Assembly: GCA_000320545.1 (NCBI GenBank)
Contig: ADNK01000512.1
Location: 62,001 to 126,000, forward strand
From: Bigelowiella natans CCMP2755
Taxonomy: Eukaryota > Protista > Cercozoa
Direction: 5' to 3'
DNA length: 64,000 nt
Positions 32,049 through 45,304 of this stretch are shown one piece after another. Position 1 is the first letter of the stretch. Each line of letters begins with the position of its first letter. The translations under genes and the position numbers were made by a program. Below the pieces are notes generated by a model. That model did no database searches. It saw only the letters and a program-made list of their open reading frames with translations, and was not told the origin of the DNA.

Positions 32049-33147
32049 GCTCCCCATAATGAATTTAGAATACCTACAGCATCATCGTCGAGATCGGTGC
32101 TTCTGGTTGAAATCAACGTCATTGATTGATGATTCAATTAATGATTCTTTACTACTCCATGGCGTCGTGCGATAACGAGCATCATCTGCGTTAATATGTG
32201 CGAGGAACTTCAAGACAGCAGCAACACACACATATGCGAGGCCTTGTACACATGCAAACAGAAACAGTCAGAGTTAGCAAGTTTTGCACACAACACACAG
32301 CAATGCCGATGCGATGACGAGCACACCTGCATGCGCAACTTACATCAGCTCATGCTCATGCATGCATGGTGTAGATGCACGTGCCATGAGCAGTGACTGC
32401 CATAGACGTCCGAGTCCAGCAATGGCATGGCTGCACAGCTTCACAGGTACGTGTGTGTGTGTGTGTGCCTTCAGTGCAGTGTTGTCTGCAGGTACGTGGC
32501 TTGTGACCAATGCAAGCTAGCAAGTGCAAACAGATCACACTACGCTGTGCCAAAAAGTCTTCTAATTTCGCCATTGACAGTGGTCACTAGCTTTTGGTTG
32601 CAGTGATGGTTCCGCAAATGACGCAGATGACGGATGACACGTTCAGCACTTGCAGTCATTCGGTGCGTGCGCGAATTTGATGCTCCAGAATCGCCAAAGC
32701 CACAGCTCACATCAGTTCTGTGGTCCACATCAAGAAAAACTTGAGAATTGGTGGTGCTAGCGGACATGCACAGGAGCCTCCAAAACTGTTGTTCATCATT
32801 CCTAGCCTTCAGCACGTACAGCACCTGATGACCCGCATAGCATGAATTGTGAAGAACCGGAACCAGAAAAGTGCAGCCAGTTTTTCAAAAAAATGCAAAG
32901 TTTGGGCGAAACCTGATGGGAAAAACACAGGCTATTCCTTTCCTGCGACACGCCGAATGCTGTGCACAATTTCCCCTTTGTCGCAGAAGGAGATTTGCCT
33001 GGTTTAGAACCAAATAATATATTTTTATCGATAGTTAGTGGAGTAATATCTCCCATCGACTGGTTCTCCCAGAAAACAACCGCACACGCGGTGCAGAGCA
33101 CCTGCACAGCATCACTTCGGGGCCAGTGCGGATTTCAGGCCAAGAGG

Positions 33148-35281
33148 ATGCCTTGGGGAGGCATGAGGGGAGAAATTGAGTCGCCTTGGATTTGGCAGAG
33201 AGTATCAGTGGCCGTGACTGCAAGCTTAGTCATATGTGCGTTGATCCATCAAGGTGGAACCACCCAATCTGTAGTCGCGGGCTATCATCCTGCCCAGACG
33301 AGGCTGGCCGCATATCACCCTAAACCGGCTGCTTTTGACTCCTCCGCCTGGTATCACTCCTCTTTTTCGTGGCGCAGTTCTCTTGGAACGCACACAAGGG
33401 CATCGTCAGCTTCCTCTCTGTCGCGTGAAAGAAAGCCGAAGCGTAGCGCTACGAGGATTTGGGGGAGCACCAACCCAGAGGACGAGGAGGACGAGGGGTT
33501 GCAGTATTTCCTATCACAAACGGAGGGTAGGCCCAGAGGAGATGGAAAGAAGAATAAGGCCACTGTGTATGGGGGTAGTAGCAGTAGCATAGACCACGAT
33601 CACGTCGATAGCAGCAGCAGCAGTACCAGCAGCACGGGTGGGGAGCAAGATCCGGAGGAAGGGGTTGACATCAAAATAGCAGACAGTGGTGACGTGCATA
33701 GGAGCAGGATAGCAGAAGGATGGGCTAAGAATACTACTGATCCTGCAGCTGACAATGATTTCATAGATGATTACGCTTCAGCAGAGGCTGCGTTTGAGAG
33801 TGCGTTCAATGCCAGCATAGCATCTTCCTCGAAAGAAACTAGCGAGGATGGTGGAGACGATGAGGACAACCGTGCATCTCTCGAAAAGGTCTGGTGGGCA
33901 CGGAACACATTTGTTGATGCAATTTTCATCTTCGGCCATATGCTGTGACATACTTTAAGCAGCTACCGCTTTCTACCACAACAAGTAGCATTGAATCCTC
34001 CTCCTCCTCCTCCTCCTCCTCCTCCTCCTACATTATTATGACCACTCAGATTCTGAACGACTTAGAAGTGGTGCAACTCGATACATTAGAAGATACCAAT
34101 GAGGTAGAAGGATAACGCCTATATGATTGTTTGTCTTCCTATGTTCATCATTATCATCATCATCACCATCATCATCACCAATGCAGGGCTGGTGGGAATC
34201 TGCACATGCAACAGGAAAGGTGAGTTGATGAAACATAGGAGAGGGAGGAGGAGGAGGAGGTCTTATGTCATGTGTTAGAAGTAGTAAAGCGAGGAAAGGT
34301 AAGGAAAGGAGAGGATAAGAATAACACCACCACTACAACTTTTCGACAGCACCAATCACCCGTAAATCCCCCCCCCCCTCCTACTACTTCTGAATGCTAC
34401 TAGTATGATGACACCGAGTTCGTAGCGACTTATTGGGATATTCGTTCAACGCTCCACCTTGTCATGGGCCTGGACTACCAGGATGACATCGCCAAGCAAA
34501 ACTTGTCGGTTCTCGATGTGGGGTGCGGTAGGAACCCCATCAAGACAACACGTGCAGCATGCCAACCAATCCTCCTGCTGCTGTTGCTGCAGAGACGATG
34601 TGAACGTGCAGATGCTGTGTGCGTGCTTTCGTGTGTTTAGTTTCTTATGTCACGTTCGTCGTTCAATTCCACTTTTCCATTCAGGTGGGTCGCACGTAGC
34701 CGAAGATCTGTTTTTGGATGGGTTTCGAGATATCACGGGAATTGATGTATCAGAGGTCTTGTACTTGCTGTTTTTTAATTATTTACATGATGCGCCTACA
34801 CACACACACACATACACGGGTACACTTGGATGCCGTTGTGTTTTTTCATCCTTTTTCACCCCCCCCCCCCCCCCCCCTCCAATTTCTCCGATTCCTATTA
34901 GGCCGCCATTGAAACGGTAAAGAAGCGGCTGAGTTCTCCTGATTACGTCTCCCATGAGCTATCATACAATGATCTTGGCCTCCAAAGCAACTCCCTGGAG
35001 GACTTTCTACGCTCATCATCAGAGGAGGTATGTATATGATGCGTGTGATTATACAGCATATTGTACACACGATCTCTAATCGTCTTATTCCTGCTAGGAG
35101 GAGGAGGAGGAGGGGGAGGGGGAGGAGGAAAAGAAGGACCATGACAGTCATCAAAACCTACAACAACAAATTGAAGAAGAACAACGACATGAGGAAGAGA
35201 AACTACCCCCCGAGCTTGCACGACTTCCAGAGAGAGTGTTCTTTTCTGCTGAGGGCACAGAGGGCGCGGCAAAGTAGTTAC

Positions 35282-35313
<32 letters not shown>

Positions 35314-35816
35314 CAGTGGTAGTAGATGCGCAAAGTAGTATAAGAAATAGAGTAGGCAGATGGTGGATATTCAGTTGGAGCAACATCTTACCTTCTCAGT
35401 AGAGATGATGATGATCACCACCATTCGGTCTCTTCTACCCACACCCTAATCAGCAAGAGACAGAGAATAATTGGTGTCATCATCGGTTTAATCATCAGGT
35501 TTCCTCCCCACAACGTCATTGAATCAGCTATGACGAAGCGTTGGAAGTAATGATGTAGACGTGACTCGTATTTATTCCAATTGCTTAATCAGAGCTGGCA
35601 GCTGGTGGTTATGCATGTCACCGGTTGCTGTGGTGGTGACGGGTTGTGAGGTGATGATGAATGTACGATGACCTTTCATCGCCCTTGCTGCCTTTGTCGT
35701 TGTCTGTTGGGAAATCCGCTCATATATATAGAATTGGGAAGAATCTTGCTGGATTTTCTGGCAAGTTCATGGCAGTAGATGCTCGACAACTTGACCAGTA
35801 CTGACACTTTAAGAAA

Positions 35817-35848
<32 letters not shown>

Positions 35849-35861
35849 AATGCGGTGTAGC

Positions 35862-35902
<41 letters not shown>

Positions 35903-36327
35903 TCTCTCCATAGTTCCTTCTTACTGATACATCCCGACTGTTGTTATATGGTTGGCGCATGCACACAGGACGTTCGGTGAGGGTAGCTTCGACCTCATCA
36001 TCGATAAGGTAAATCTGGTAGTGGTAGTGCCAGTGGAAAGGGTACAGACTAGTGAATAGGAAGCTTTCTCATTATCATCATCATCATCATCATCCTCATA
36101 ATTATCTTCACCATCTTCATAGAGAGTTGTGCGTGCTCCTATCCCCCATTCTCCCACCCCCCTCTCTGTCTCCTCTACTCCATTCGTGGCCGTGATGATT
36201 GACATCGTTGCCATTGCTACTAAAGGGCACGCTAGAGTCGATTGCTGTTGGAAACGCATTTCGTGACGTTCATCGGATGCTGGCTGTGAGTGGCAAATCT
36301 GTGTCATGATCAAATGACTGCTATTAG

Positions 36328-36389
<62 letters not shown>

Positions 36390-37150
36390 TGACCTGAATG
36401 TTTTCTATTAATGTAATCAGTTGTTGAAATCTTCCTGATCTCCCCGCCGGGTATTTTTCTTCTTCTTACGCGCCCTCAGTCGATATCAAGAGTTTTAAAG
36501 CCAGGAGGAATGTTCCTTAGTATCTCCTTCGCACTACCCGAACAACGAACGGTGTTAATAGCAACAACACAAGCACTTAACGAGAGAGTATATGTAGTAG
36601 CAGCGTGCCCTTTTTCTAAAATGCTGTTAAGTGCTGCCTCCACCACCTGTTTGTTTGATAAGAAGGCACTCAGATTTCTATTAGCAGAAGTCAATGTAAT
36701 CGTATGTGAGGAGTGTTGAAGTCGATTTTAAGTGGGTAACATGATATTCGTTGTTGTTTGTATTCATCCTCGTCGTGGTAAAGCCCCTTCTCAGCGGACC
36801 TCTGCCACAGTTGCGTGGTGTCTATGAGTGGTCTGTCTACCCACAGGTTAAGAGCAGCGAATAGTCGTCGTAGTTGTTGTGTGTGTGTAGTAGTAAAAAC
36901 TATGTGGTTATTGATTCTCTTCACTATCGTTCCTTCTCTCCTCCTCCTCCTCCTCCGTCTTCTTCTTCTTCTCCTTCTCCTCCTTCTTTTTCATTGCGTC
37001 TACTTCGTCATTTTCTCCTGCATCAGCCCTTTTTAGTAGCTAATGGTCATTTACATACATTTACAGGGAATGGTGACTCCCGATGGCACCCAGTTCACTG
37101 TGTACGTGTGCCGTAAGAAGAAGAAAAAGAAGGCCGCGGGCAAGAAGTAG
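33148..37150 (+). CDS. Class I SAM-dependent methyltransferase (EEF1AKMT4/METTL13-N-like) with bipartite targeting-like leader
   Basis: Exons give VLDVGCGGSHVAEDLFLDGFRDITGIDVSEAAIE, DARQL, FGEGSFDLIIDKGTLESI, ISRVLKPGGMFLSISF and TVYVCRKKKKKKAAGKK*. The N-terminus has hydrophobic VSVAVTASLVICALI followed by an S/R-rich segment. The middle exons (about 34920-35780) are not fully resolved. Confidence 0.88.
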
Positions 37151-37882
37151 TAGTTATAGCACAAAAGCAAAGACTTCATCCTTCAGCTAGCATGCACGGT
37201 TGCAACGGACAAGCATTGCAATTTAATGCAACCCTACTCGCACAGCATCGCACTGCATCGCACTCATCAGCATGGACCTAATAATACCTGCACGAATGCT
37301 TCAAAAGCCACAATGCATGCAATCTTGGTCATTGTGACATCATTGCACAGATGCGCCGGATGAACATGTACACGGTAGATTAGCTTCAGCTCGTCATTGG
37401 CTGCTGTGGCATGCCAATGTTGCATGTGCGTGTGCATGTGACTGAATCGAATCTTGTCCTGCGGCGGCAAAGCGCATGTAGCATCGCAACAGTGCGAGTT
37501 GCTGGTATACACACCCGCTGCTTGCTGCGATGCTATCATAGCAGCTAATAAGCCCGAGGCAGACATTGATGCAATGACAACGAATGAACATTTATTTGGC
37601 TTGAAGTAGCAATTAAATCGAGCGCGATTCGCCGAATGACGCTACGTAGCACATTCTAGTATCGATGCATATACGGCGGCTATACAAATAGAGCATGCTC
37701 TGTTTAATTGTCAGCGTTTATGTGTATGTAAACATTTGCATGATGTGCGTGGAACTTTCTTGTGTGGTCAGCAAGTGCTTGACTGCTTGAGCACAAGACT
37801 GTTTATTCCTGGGCGTAGGTCGGTGGGTTGGTGGGTGACGAGCTTCAGGAATATCTGGTTTCATTTTCTTTTCATTCATGAT

Positions 37883-39262
37883 TTAAGAGAAATGGAGCCA
37901 GAATTGCTTGCCAAGAATGTTGCCGTATCCTCGTGCGTCGGAACCGACAGGAGGATTAACATAGTTTCCGTTTCTATCGATCGGATGCGAGAATTTTCCA
38001 CCGTGTGCAGAATCTGCTACAAAGCCAAATTGCCCGAATCCACAGCTGCCATACCTGATAATATCAACCACACACAAATGCGAGGTAGGTCATGAATTAT
38101 TTTTGGAAAGAAATACTGCAAAGAGGAAGGAAGGTGGAATGGCGGCTGTAATGACAAGCAGGTCGGAGACTAATATGAGATAATATACTCAGAAGTGACG
38201 AAGTCATTACTTTTTCTTTTTCGCTCAATCGCATCATCAGGACATCTACTTCACGCTGAAACAGTAGGAAAATTACCATCCGAATCCGTTGTTGTTGCTG
38301 CAGCAGCAGGCACCATCGAACCACTTGCTCGGCGCTTTGCCCTTCCTTGGATCGTCGTGCTGCATCTGGGGACCGCTGGGACAGTTACCCTGAGGACACT
38401 TTCCGCCATCGTGGCTGTAGGAGAGATCACCGTACAGCTTGAAATTGCTGTAGACGAGCGTGTAATCAGCCTGCGATTGGAGGTCGATCTTCACAATGAG
38501 ATCCACTCTTTTGCCGTGTGCTTCAATCAAACGACGCCATTCGGTGATGGCGAGGAAGTAGTCTTTGCCCACAGATTTGCTGCCGAACGTGCGGCGCGCG
38601 TTAGATCCGCTCCACATAGCGGTATTAGCATGCCAGATGTTCGCGACTAGCTCATATCGTCCTCCTTCGACGATTCCGCTAATGGAAGGCAATGGCACTG
38701 GCATCGACGGCTTGAAGTGCAACCAAAATTGCTTGCCTACCACGAAGCCGTAGCCTCGGGCCGCCGAACCAACTGGTGGGTTTACGTAGTTTCCTGAAGG
38801 TAAGAAAGAACACACATCACAAACAGCGTGAGCACCACGTTCTCAGATACCATCATGCTTTCCAGATTCATGCAAAATCACCGCAGCCCATCCCAAGCGT
38901 CGGCGGCTTGTGTTAATCGCTGCTTTTTTCCTTTAGAAAACAAGATAATATACCGTTCTTGTCAATTGGATGAGAGAAGCGGCCACCATGAGAGCTGTCC
39001 GCAACAAACCCAAACTGTCCAAAGCCACACCTTCCAAACCTGAAAATACACCGATTGCACAACGTTCATACAGAGGTGGCTCGTTTCAGGTATGGTAAGC
39101 AGCGACACGCATATGTCGCAAAGAATACTGCTCAACTTCCTACAAAATTACCATCCAAATCCATTGTTGCTCGAACAGCAGCAGGCACCATCAAACCATT
39201 TACCATGACGACCGATACGCCTGATTTCACATACAACAGGATAAACCACACAGACAAACACG

Positions 39263-39314
<52 letters not shown>

Positions 39315-39363
39315 CACCCAGTCACTACCGACAGTGTCACTTGCTTCACTACACTTTCACATC

Positions 39364-39398
<35 letters not shown>

Positions 39399-42300
39399 GT
39401 CGTTGTGCTGCATTTGAGGACCACTGAGGCATTTCCCTTGCGGGCAGCTGCCCCCCTTGTGGCTGTAGTCGAGGTTGGAGTAGAGCTTGAAGTCGTTGTA
39501 GATGAGCAAGTAATCAGGCTGGCTCTGGAGTTGAATCTTGACGATGAGGTCGACCTGGCCCTCGTGTTCGTCGATTAGATCACGCCATTGCTGCATGGCC
39601 AGGAAGTAGTCCTTGCCAACAACCTTCAGCACAAGGAGAAGAAGCGCACACAAAATATAGCCGACGTGAGTTTTCAGGCAAGAATGAATATCGTTCCGAG
39701 GTTGAAAGCACGAGCGGATAGCAGAGTGTTTAGTGAATATTGGCATTTTTGCAGTGTTATAGTACCTTGACACCAGCGGTTGCACGGCCCTGGTTGCCCG
39801 CCCACATTGGCGAGTAAGGATGCATGATGTTTGCCACAAGCTCGAACTTTCCAGCACCCTCAACAGGAGGAAGGAACATCTCAGTTGATTTCAGCTCTAG
39901 CCAGAACTCCTTCATCTGGATCTCGCCCTCTCCCCGCGCCGCGGAGCCTACGGGTGGGTTCACGTAGTTACCATCGCGATTGATGGGGTGGGAGAACTTG
40001 CCGCCATGCCCCCCGTCCGCGATGAAACCAAATTGCCCGAAGCCGCAGGATCCATACCATCCAAAGCCGTTGTTGCTTGAGCAGCAGCATGCGCCATCAA
40101 ACCACTGACTTGGCGCCTTACCTGTCCGTGGGTCGTCGTGCTGCATTTGTGGGCCGTTCGGGCATTTTCCTTGTGGGCAGCTGCCGCCATTGTGGCTGTA
40201 TTGCATGTTCTCATAGATCTGAAGTCGTTGTAGATGAGATTGTAGTGGCGGCCGTTCTTCATGTAGACCTTTACATGGAGGTTGGCCTTGCCCTTGTGCG
40301 CATCGATGGCCTTAGCCCACTCCTGGATCGCTAGCATATAGTCTTGTCCTGTTGCTATCATGCCAGAGGTCTTACGTGCACCATGATCTTTCCACATGAC
40401 GTTGTTGGGGTTGATGATACGTGCCACCAGCTGCATTTTGCCAGAGACAGGGGTGACAGGTTGGTGCGTGGGCGATATTCCTGGAGTGGGAAGCGGCGTT
40501 GGGATGCTAACCACTTGGTTCTTCTGTCCCGTGTACAACCAGAACTGCTTGCTCACAATCTCTCCATATCCGCGCGCCGGAGAACCTACAGGTGGATTTA
40601 CGTAGTTTCCGTTTCGATCGATTGGATGGGAAAACTTGCCGCCGTGAGCGCTATCAGCGATGAAACCAAATTGCCCGAAGCCACAGCCGCCTAAGGTGGT
40701 GATGAAATATTGTTATGCTTGATTGCTTTTGGACGACAGGTTATTACAAATAAGCAAGCCATTATCTATTACCGAACCAGCCATAACCGTTATTGCTGGA
40801 ACAGCAGCATGCACGATCGAACCACTTGCTGGGGGCCTTGCCTGATCTAGGATCATCGTGCTGCATTTGGGGTCCCTTCGCGCAGAAGCCTTGCGGACAA
40901 CTGCCTCCGTCATGGCTATAGCCGAAGTCAGAATGAATTTTGAAGTTGTCATAGACGAGCGTGTAATCATCCCCTCGCGCAAGTTTGATTTTCACGATGA
41001 GGGTAGATGGCCCGTCGTGGCGGTTGATGAGGTTCCTCCACTCAGCAAGAGCAAGCATGTAATCCTTACCCTTCACATTTTTGATGCCTGCTGTGACCTT
41101 ACCGTTAGCCCCCTGCCACATCGCCTCCTGGGGATCCACGACGTTTGCCAGCAGCTCGTACTTACCACTGGACCAGTGCATTGGGAGACTCAAAGGCATT
41201 GTTGGTTTGAAATGCAACCAAAACGTCTTTCCCAGGACAAATCCAGCCCCTCTTGCAACAGACCCAACGGGCGGGTTGACGTAGTTTCCGTTGCGATCGA
41301 TCGGGTGGGAAAATTTACCGCCGTGAGCACCGTCAGCCATGAAGCCAAACTGTCCAAATCCGCATCCACCTGAACCATTATGATCATCATTATCATCATT
41401 GTCGTCGTCATCGTCGTCGTCACCATGATCCAAAGTTGGGATGGTAAAAGATAAAATTTTGGAAGACGTTGGGCAACGACAAGACACTAGAAAATATGAA
41501 ATGAAGTCGTTCGTCCATTACCGTACCATCCAAACCCGTTGTTTCCTGAGCAGCAGCAAGCACGATCGAACCACTTGCCGATACGGCCATGCCTTGGGTC
41601 GTTGTGCTGCATCTGCGGACCGCTCTCACAGTATCCCTCAGGACACTCGCCACCCTTGTGGCTGTAGTCAAGGTTGTCGTAGATCTTAAAGTCCTTATAC
41701 ACAAGTGAGTAGTCGGGCCTGTCGAGAAGTTCAATCTTAACGATGAGGTCAACTTCTCCCCTATGTGCGTTGATCATGCTGCGCCATTGCTGGATCGCAA
41801 GCATGTAGTCCTTGCCATGCAATCCCTTGATGCCGGCTGTCTTTCTACCGCTGCTGCCCTGCCACATTATGTTGTGTGGGTTGTAGATGCTAGCTACAAG
41901 TTCATATCCTCCCTTCCCGCGCTTAGGAGCCTGATGGGCTTTTGGTGCCTTCAGGTGAAGCCAGAATTCTTTTAACTGGATCTCTCCCTCTCCTCTCGCC
42001 GCGGAGCCGACCGGTGGGTTGACGTAGTTTCCGTGACGGTTGATAGGGTGTGAGAACTTGCCCCCGTGCGCAGCATCGGCAATGAAACCGAACTGTCCAA
42101 AGCCACATCCTCCTGCATGGAAGATGGATAGGAGGGGGTTTAGTGTCGTAGGGTCCAAGCGAAACGGTACGCATACAATGACTCAGGACATGCAGTGGAC
42201 ATAAAATATTTGATGTTTGTGGTGCTGTATTTGTTGCTTAGAGGATGAGGGGAGAAAGGGCTAGATTAGGAGAACTACCGAACCATCTGCCAGAATTTGG

Positions 42301-43672
42301 AGTATAGACCAAGACAAAGAGATATGTGCAGAATGGGGGAGGAATACGTAACAGTGAGAACAGAGCCCCAAATTGTAAAAAAACACAAACAGTAAGACAT
42401 TGTAGTATTTGTATTAAAAAAAATCTCGTAATGATGGTTTATTCAACTAGAGGTTCGAGGAGGAAGACGATGGTAAGTGTATGAACGACCCGAATCCGTT
42501 GTTACTGGAGCAGCAACATGCCTTGTTGAACCATTTTCCACTCTTTCCAACTCTGTCGTTGTTATTGTTGCACAGGAGGAGAAAATGTTGTTTATGTGAA
42601 ATCAATGTAGTAGAATCATCACATCTTGTTGTATTTCCTGCCTATGTGGTGGTGGGATCGACCTTGGATCATTGTGCTGCATCTGCGGTCCTCGTTGACA
42701 ATAGCTCTGAGGAAGGGGGGATCGTTTTATTAATCAGCATCCCACGAGAAACGACAACAGTGAGAACGAACAAACTTTCTCATCTAGCGAAAGGCCTCCC
42801 AAAAACCCTTATCACGTACCTGTGGGCAACTGCCTCCGTTATGGCTGTAGTCAAGGTTCGAATGCACTTTGAAATCACTGCAAAGATGTTACATAGCAGA
42901 AGTTGCTAAATTAGAATTGATCTGACTCTTTCCTCTCTCTCTCTCTCTCTCTCTCACTCACTCACTCTCCCACCCCCCCTCCCCCTCCCTTTGCCTAGCA
43001 CCGACAACAAGTAGTACATTTTACGCGATCTTACTTATAGATGAGGGTATAATTGGGCGTGGTCTTCATGGCGATCTTCACGTGCAGGTCAACGTGGCCA
43101 TTGTGCGCCTCTATCATTGTACGCCAGGAATGAAGCGACAGCATGTAGTCCTGACCAGGCTCTGATTTCCCTGCAGTTGTAAGGCCATTACTGCCCTGCC
43201 ACATTGCCAAACTCGGGTTCACAACGCTTGCGACGAGGACCTAGTGGATAGAAGAACGATCTTTAGGTCTTGTTAGGTCCGGTGAGGAACCAAAGATAGC
43301 GAGGAGACACTGTATGGGTATTACAGTGGCACAAGGCTATAGATTGATGAAAGGAGTGACATTTATATTACCATTCTCCCTGCGTCTGGAGTTGGGAGGC
43401 GCGTAGGAAAGGCGGTCGGATCGGGCGTCGGGAGTGGGGTGGGACTGGGTGTTGGATTAGGTGTTGGGTTAGGGGTAGGGCGAGGAGTAGGATGAGGACT
43501 TGGGAGGGGGGTAGGGAACGCAGAGGGAGCTGGTGTTGGATCGGGAGTTGGGGCTGGTGTCGGTTCTGGGGTGGGCGCTGGTGACGGGAACCTATATCAA
43601 AACGAGGAGAGTATTTGAGATATTGTCTATAGTATATTAATATATAATATAATATTAAATCTTTTATAAATA

Positions 43673-43714
<42 letters not shown>

Positions 43715-43771
43715 CGTATAATGGAGAATTTGTGCTCGTGTGTGTGCGTAGAGAGAAAGAGAAAGCGACCG

Positions 43772-43809
<38 letters not shown>

Positions 43810-44841
43810 CTCCATATGGGGAATGAAGAACAAAACTGAACAGCGATATATCTTAGATATGAACGTGTTACATTGTCGGATATTTAGTGGTTGGTTCCGG
43901 TGTTGGAAATTGTGATGGTGCTGGTGTGGGGTCCGGCGTGGGCTCTTTAGTGGTCGGCGCCTTTGTCGGCTTAGGGGTGGGATGCGGTGATGGCATAGGG
44001 GTAGGCTTCAGGGTTGGGTTAGGTGTCGGTTTTGGAGTGGGAAAGGCACTAGGAGCCTCGGTCGGTTTTTTAGTTGGCTCTGCCGTAATGGCCACAATAC
44101 GAGGAAGTTCCTTACTCCAGGAACACTCTGCAGCTTCTACGGCGCAGCATTCTTTAACACATTCCTGCACGTGCTTACTGTTGTAAGGTGGCTCCTCCCT
44201 TAGCATAGAGTAGGCACCGAAGTCGCAGACATCAGTTCCTTCGCAGTCGTACAGCTTACAGTCACACTTGCGGTTCTCTTGCCCGCCCTGACACGTGTAC
44301 ATATAGGCCTCGGGCAGGGACATGCACCATGATGCGTCAGCCCTGTGCCCTGAGCGCTGCTCCCATTCAGCTTTCAGAGCGGTCTGATGAGTTGCCTGCC
44401 AAAAGTCCAGGGGAAGCCTGCGTATGCGATCCATTTTTAGAAAATAAAATGTTAAATTCAAGTTAGTACTCTTTCAGCAATTTCTTATTACCCAGTTGCC
44501 TCCTTGTCGCTAGTGTAGAAAACTTTTGCGCAAATGTGGTGTGTGATATTGAAGAGACACTTTCCATCATCTCCACATGTACGAGCCATCATCAGGTCCA
44601 TTTCTGGTTCCGCATAAGCATCTCCTGCGCTGAGTCCTTCACCTTGACCAACTGTGTTTCGCATCAGCTCGATGTCTTTTTCGCCCGGAAGAGCATCGTC
44701 GCGTTGCCCCGGCTGCTCCTTTAACTGGAGAATACCCTGTTCTGAATCCAACCTAGCTTTGTTTGTCAGAGCCTGCACGCTAATAGTGCATAATATTAAT
44801 GCAAGTAGCCAACTCACACATGGGCTGGTGCGGGAGCCCAT
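37883..44841 (-). CDS. Secreted protein: signal peptide, Cys-rich domain, PT-rich mucin-like stalk, six tandem Cys-containing domains of about 170 aa; one apparent 1-bp frameshift
   Basis: ATG 44841 ([24 protein letters not shown]). (PTPxP)n exons lie at about 43372-44090. Six copies of ELVA...MW.G...DY.LA...W...I.AH.G.VDL.VKI...Y..FK...YSH.GG.CP.G.C..GPQMQH.D...[33 protein letters not shown]...[14 protein letters not shown]....K.FWL. TAA at 37883. Confidence 0.9.
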
Positions 44842-45304
44842 ATCTTAATGGTTTGTTATTAAATATCCATGTTGTCATTTCAGCATAGAAGAACTTACTT
44901 TTATAGTAGATAATCCATAGTTTACACATGACACAGATAAAAATTGGACTACATTTTATCAGAGTTTTTAATTTAATGTTGGCAGCTGGTCTGAAATGAT
45001 GCTATGAACTACATGTATTAACATAAAAGAGATATTCCATTTTAGTAATAGCGACATCGGTATCTGCAAGTATCATGTTCCACATAGAAGGCCATCTGCA
45101 GCAGAGCACAGTGCACAGTGCACAGTGCAGTGTAACGTCGTTCTGGATCTAGTCTACGAGTCGTAGGACGTGTTTCCCTTGAAACAACCTGGAGGATGTT
45201 GTCGCTCTGAAGATTTTTAGTATATTTTTTAGAAATATTATTATACGAAATATATCGTAGGTTTACAGTGTTCTACTGCAGCCGGAAACACTGCTGAGGA
45301 AGCG

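Noticed and set aside
37883-43239. Regularly recurring conserved DNA blocks suggesting a CRISPR-like or satellite array
   Set aside because: They are protein-coding domain repeats with synonymous variation and introns.
45107-45127. Three tandem CACAGTG heptamers (RSS/Transib-like)
   Set aside because: There is no nonamer, inverted partner or TSD; this is a simple 7-bp slippage repeat.
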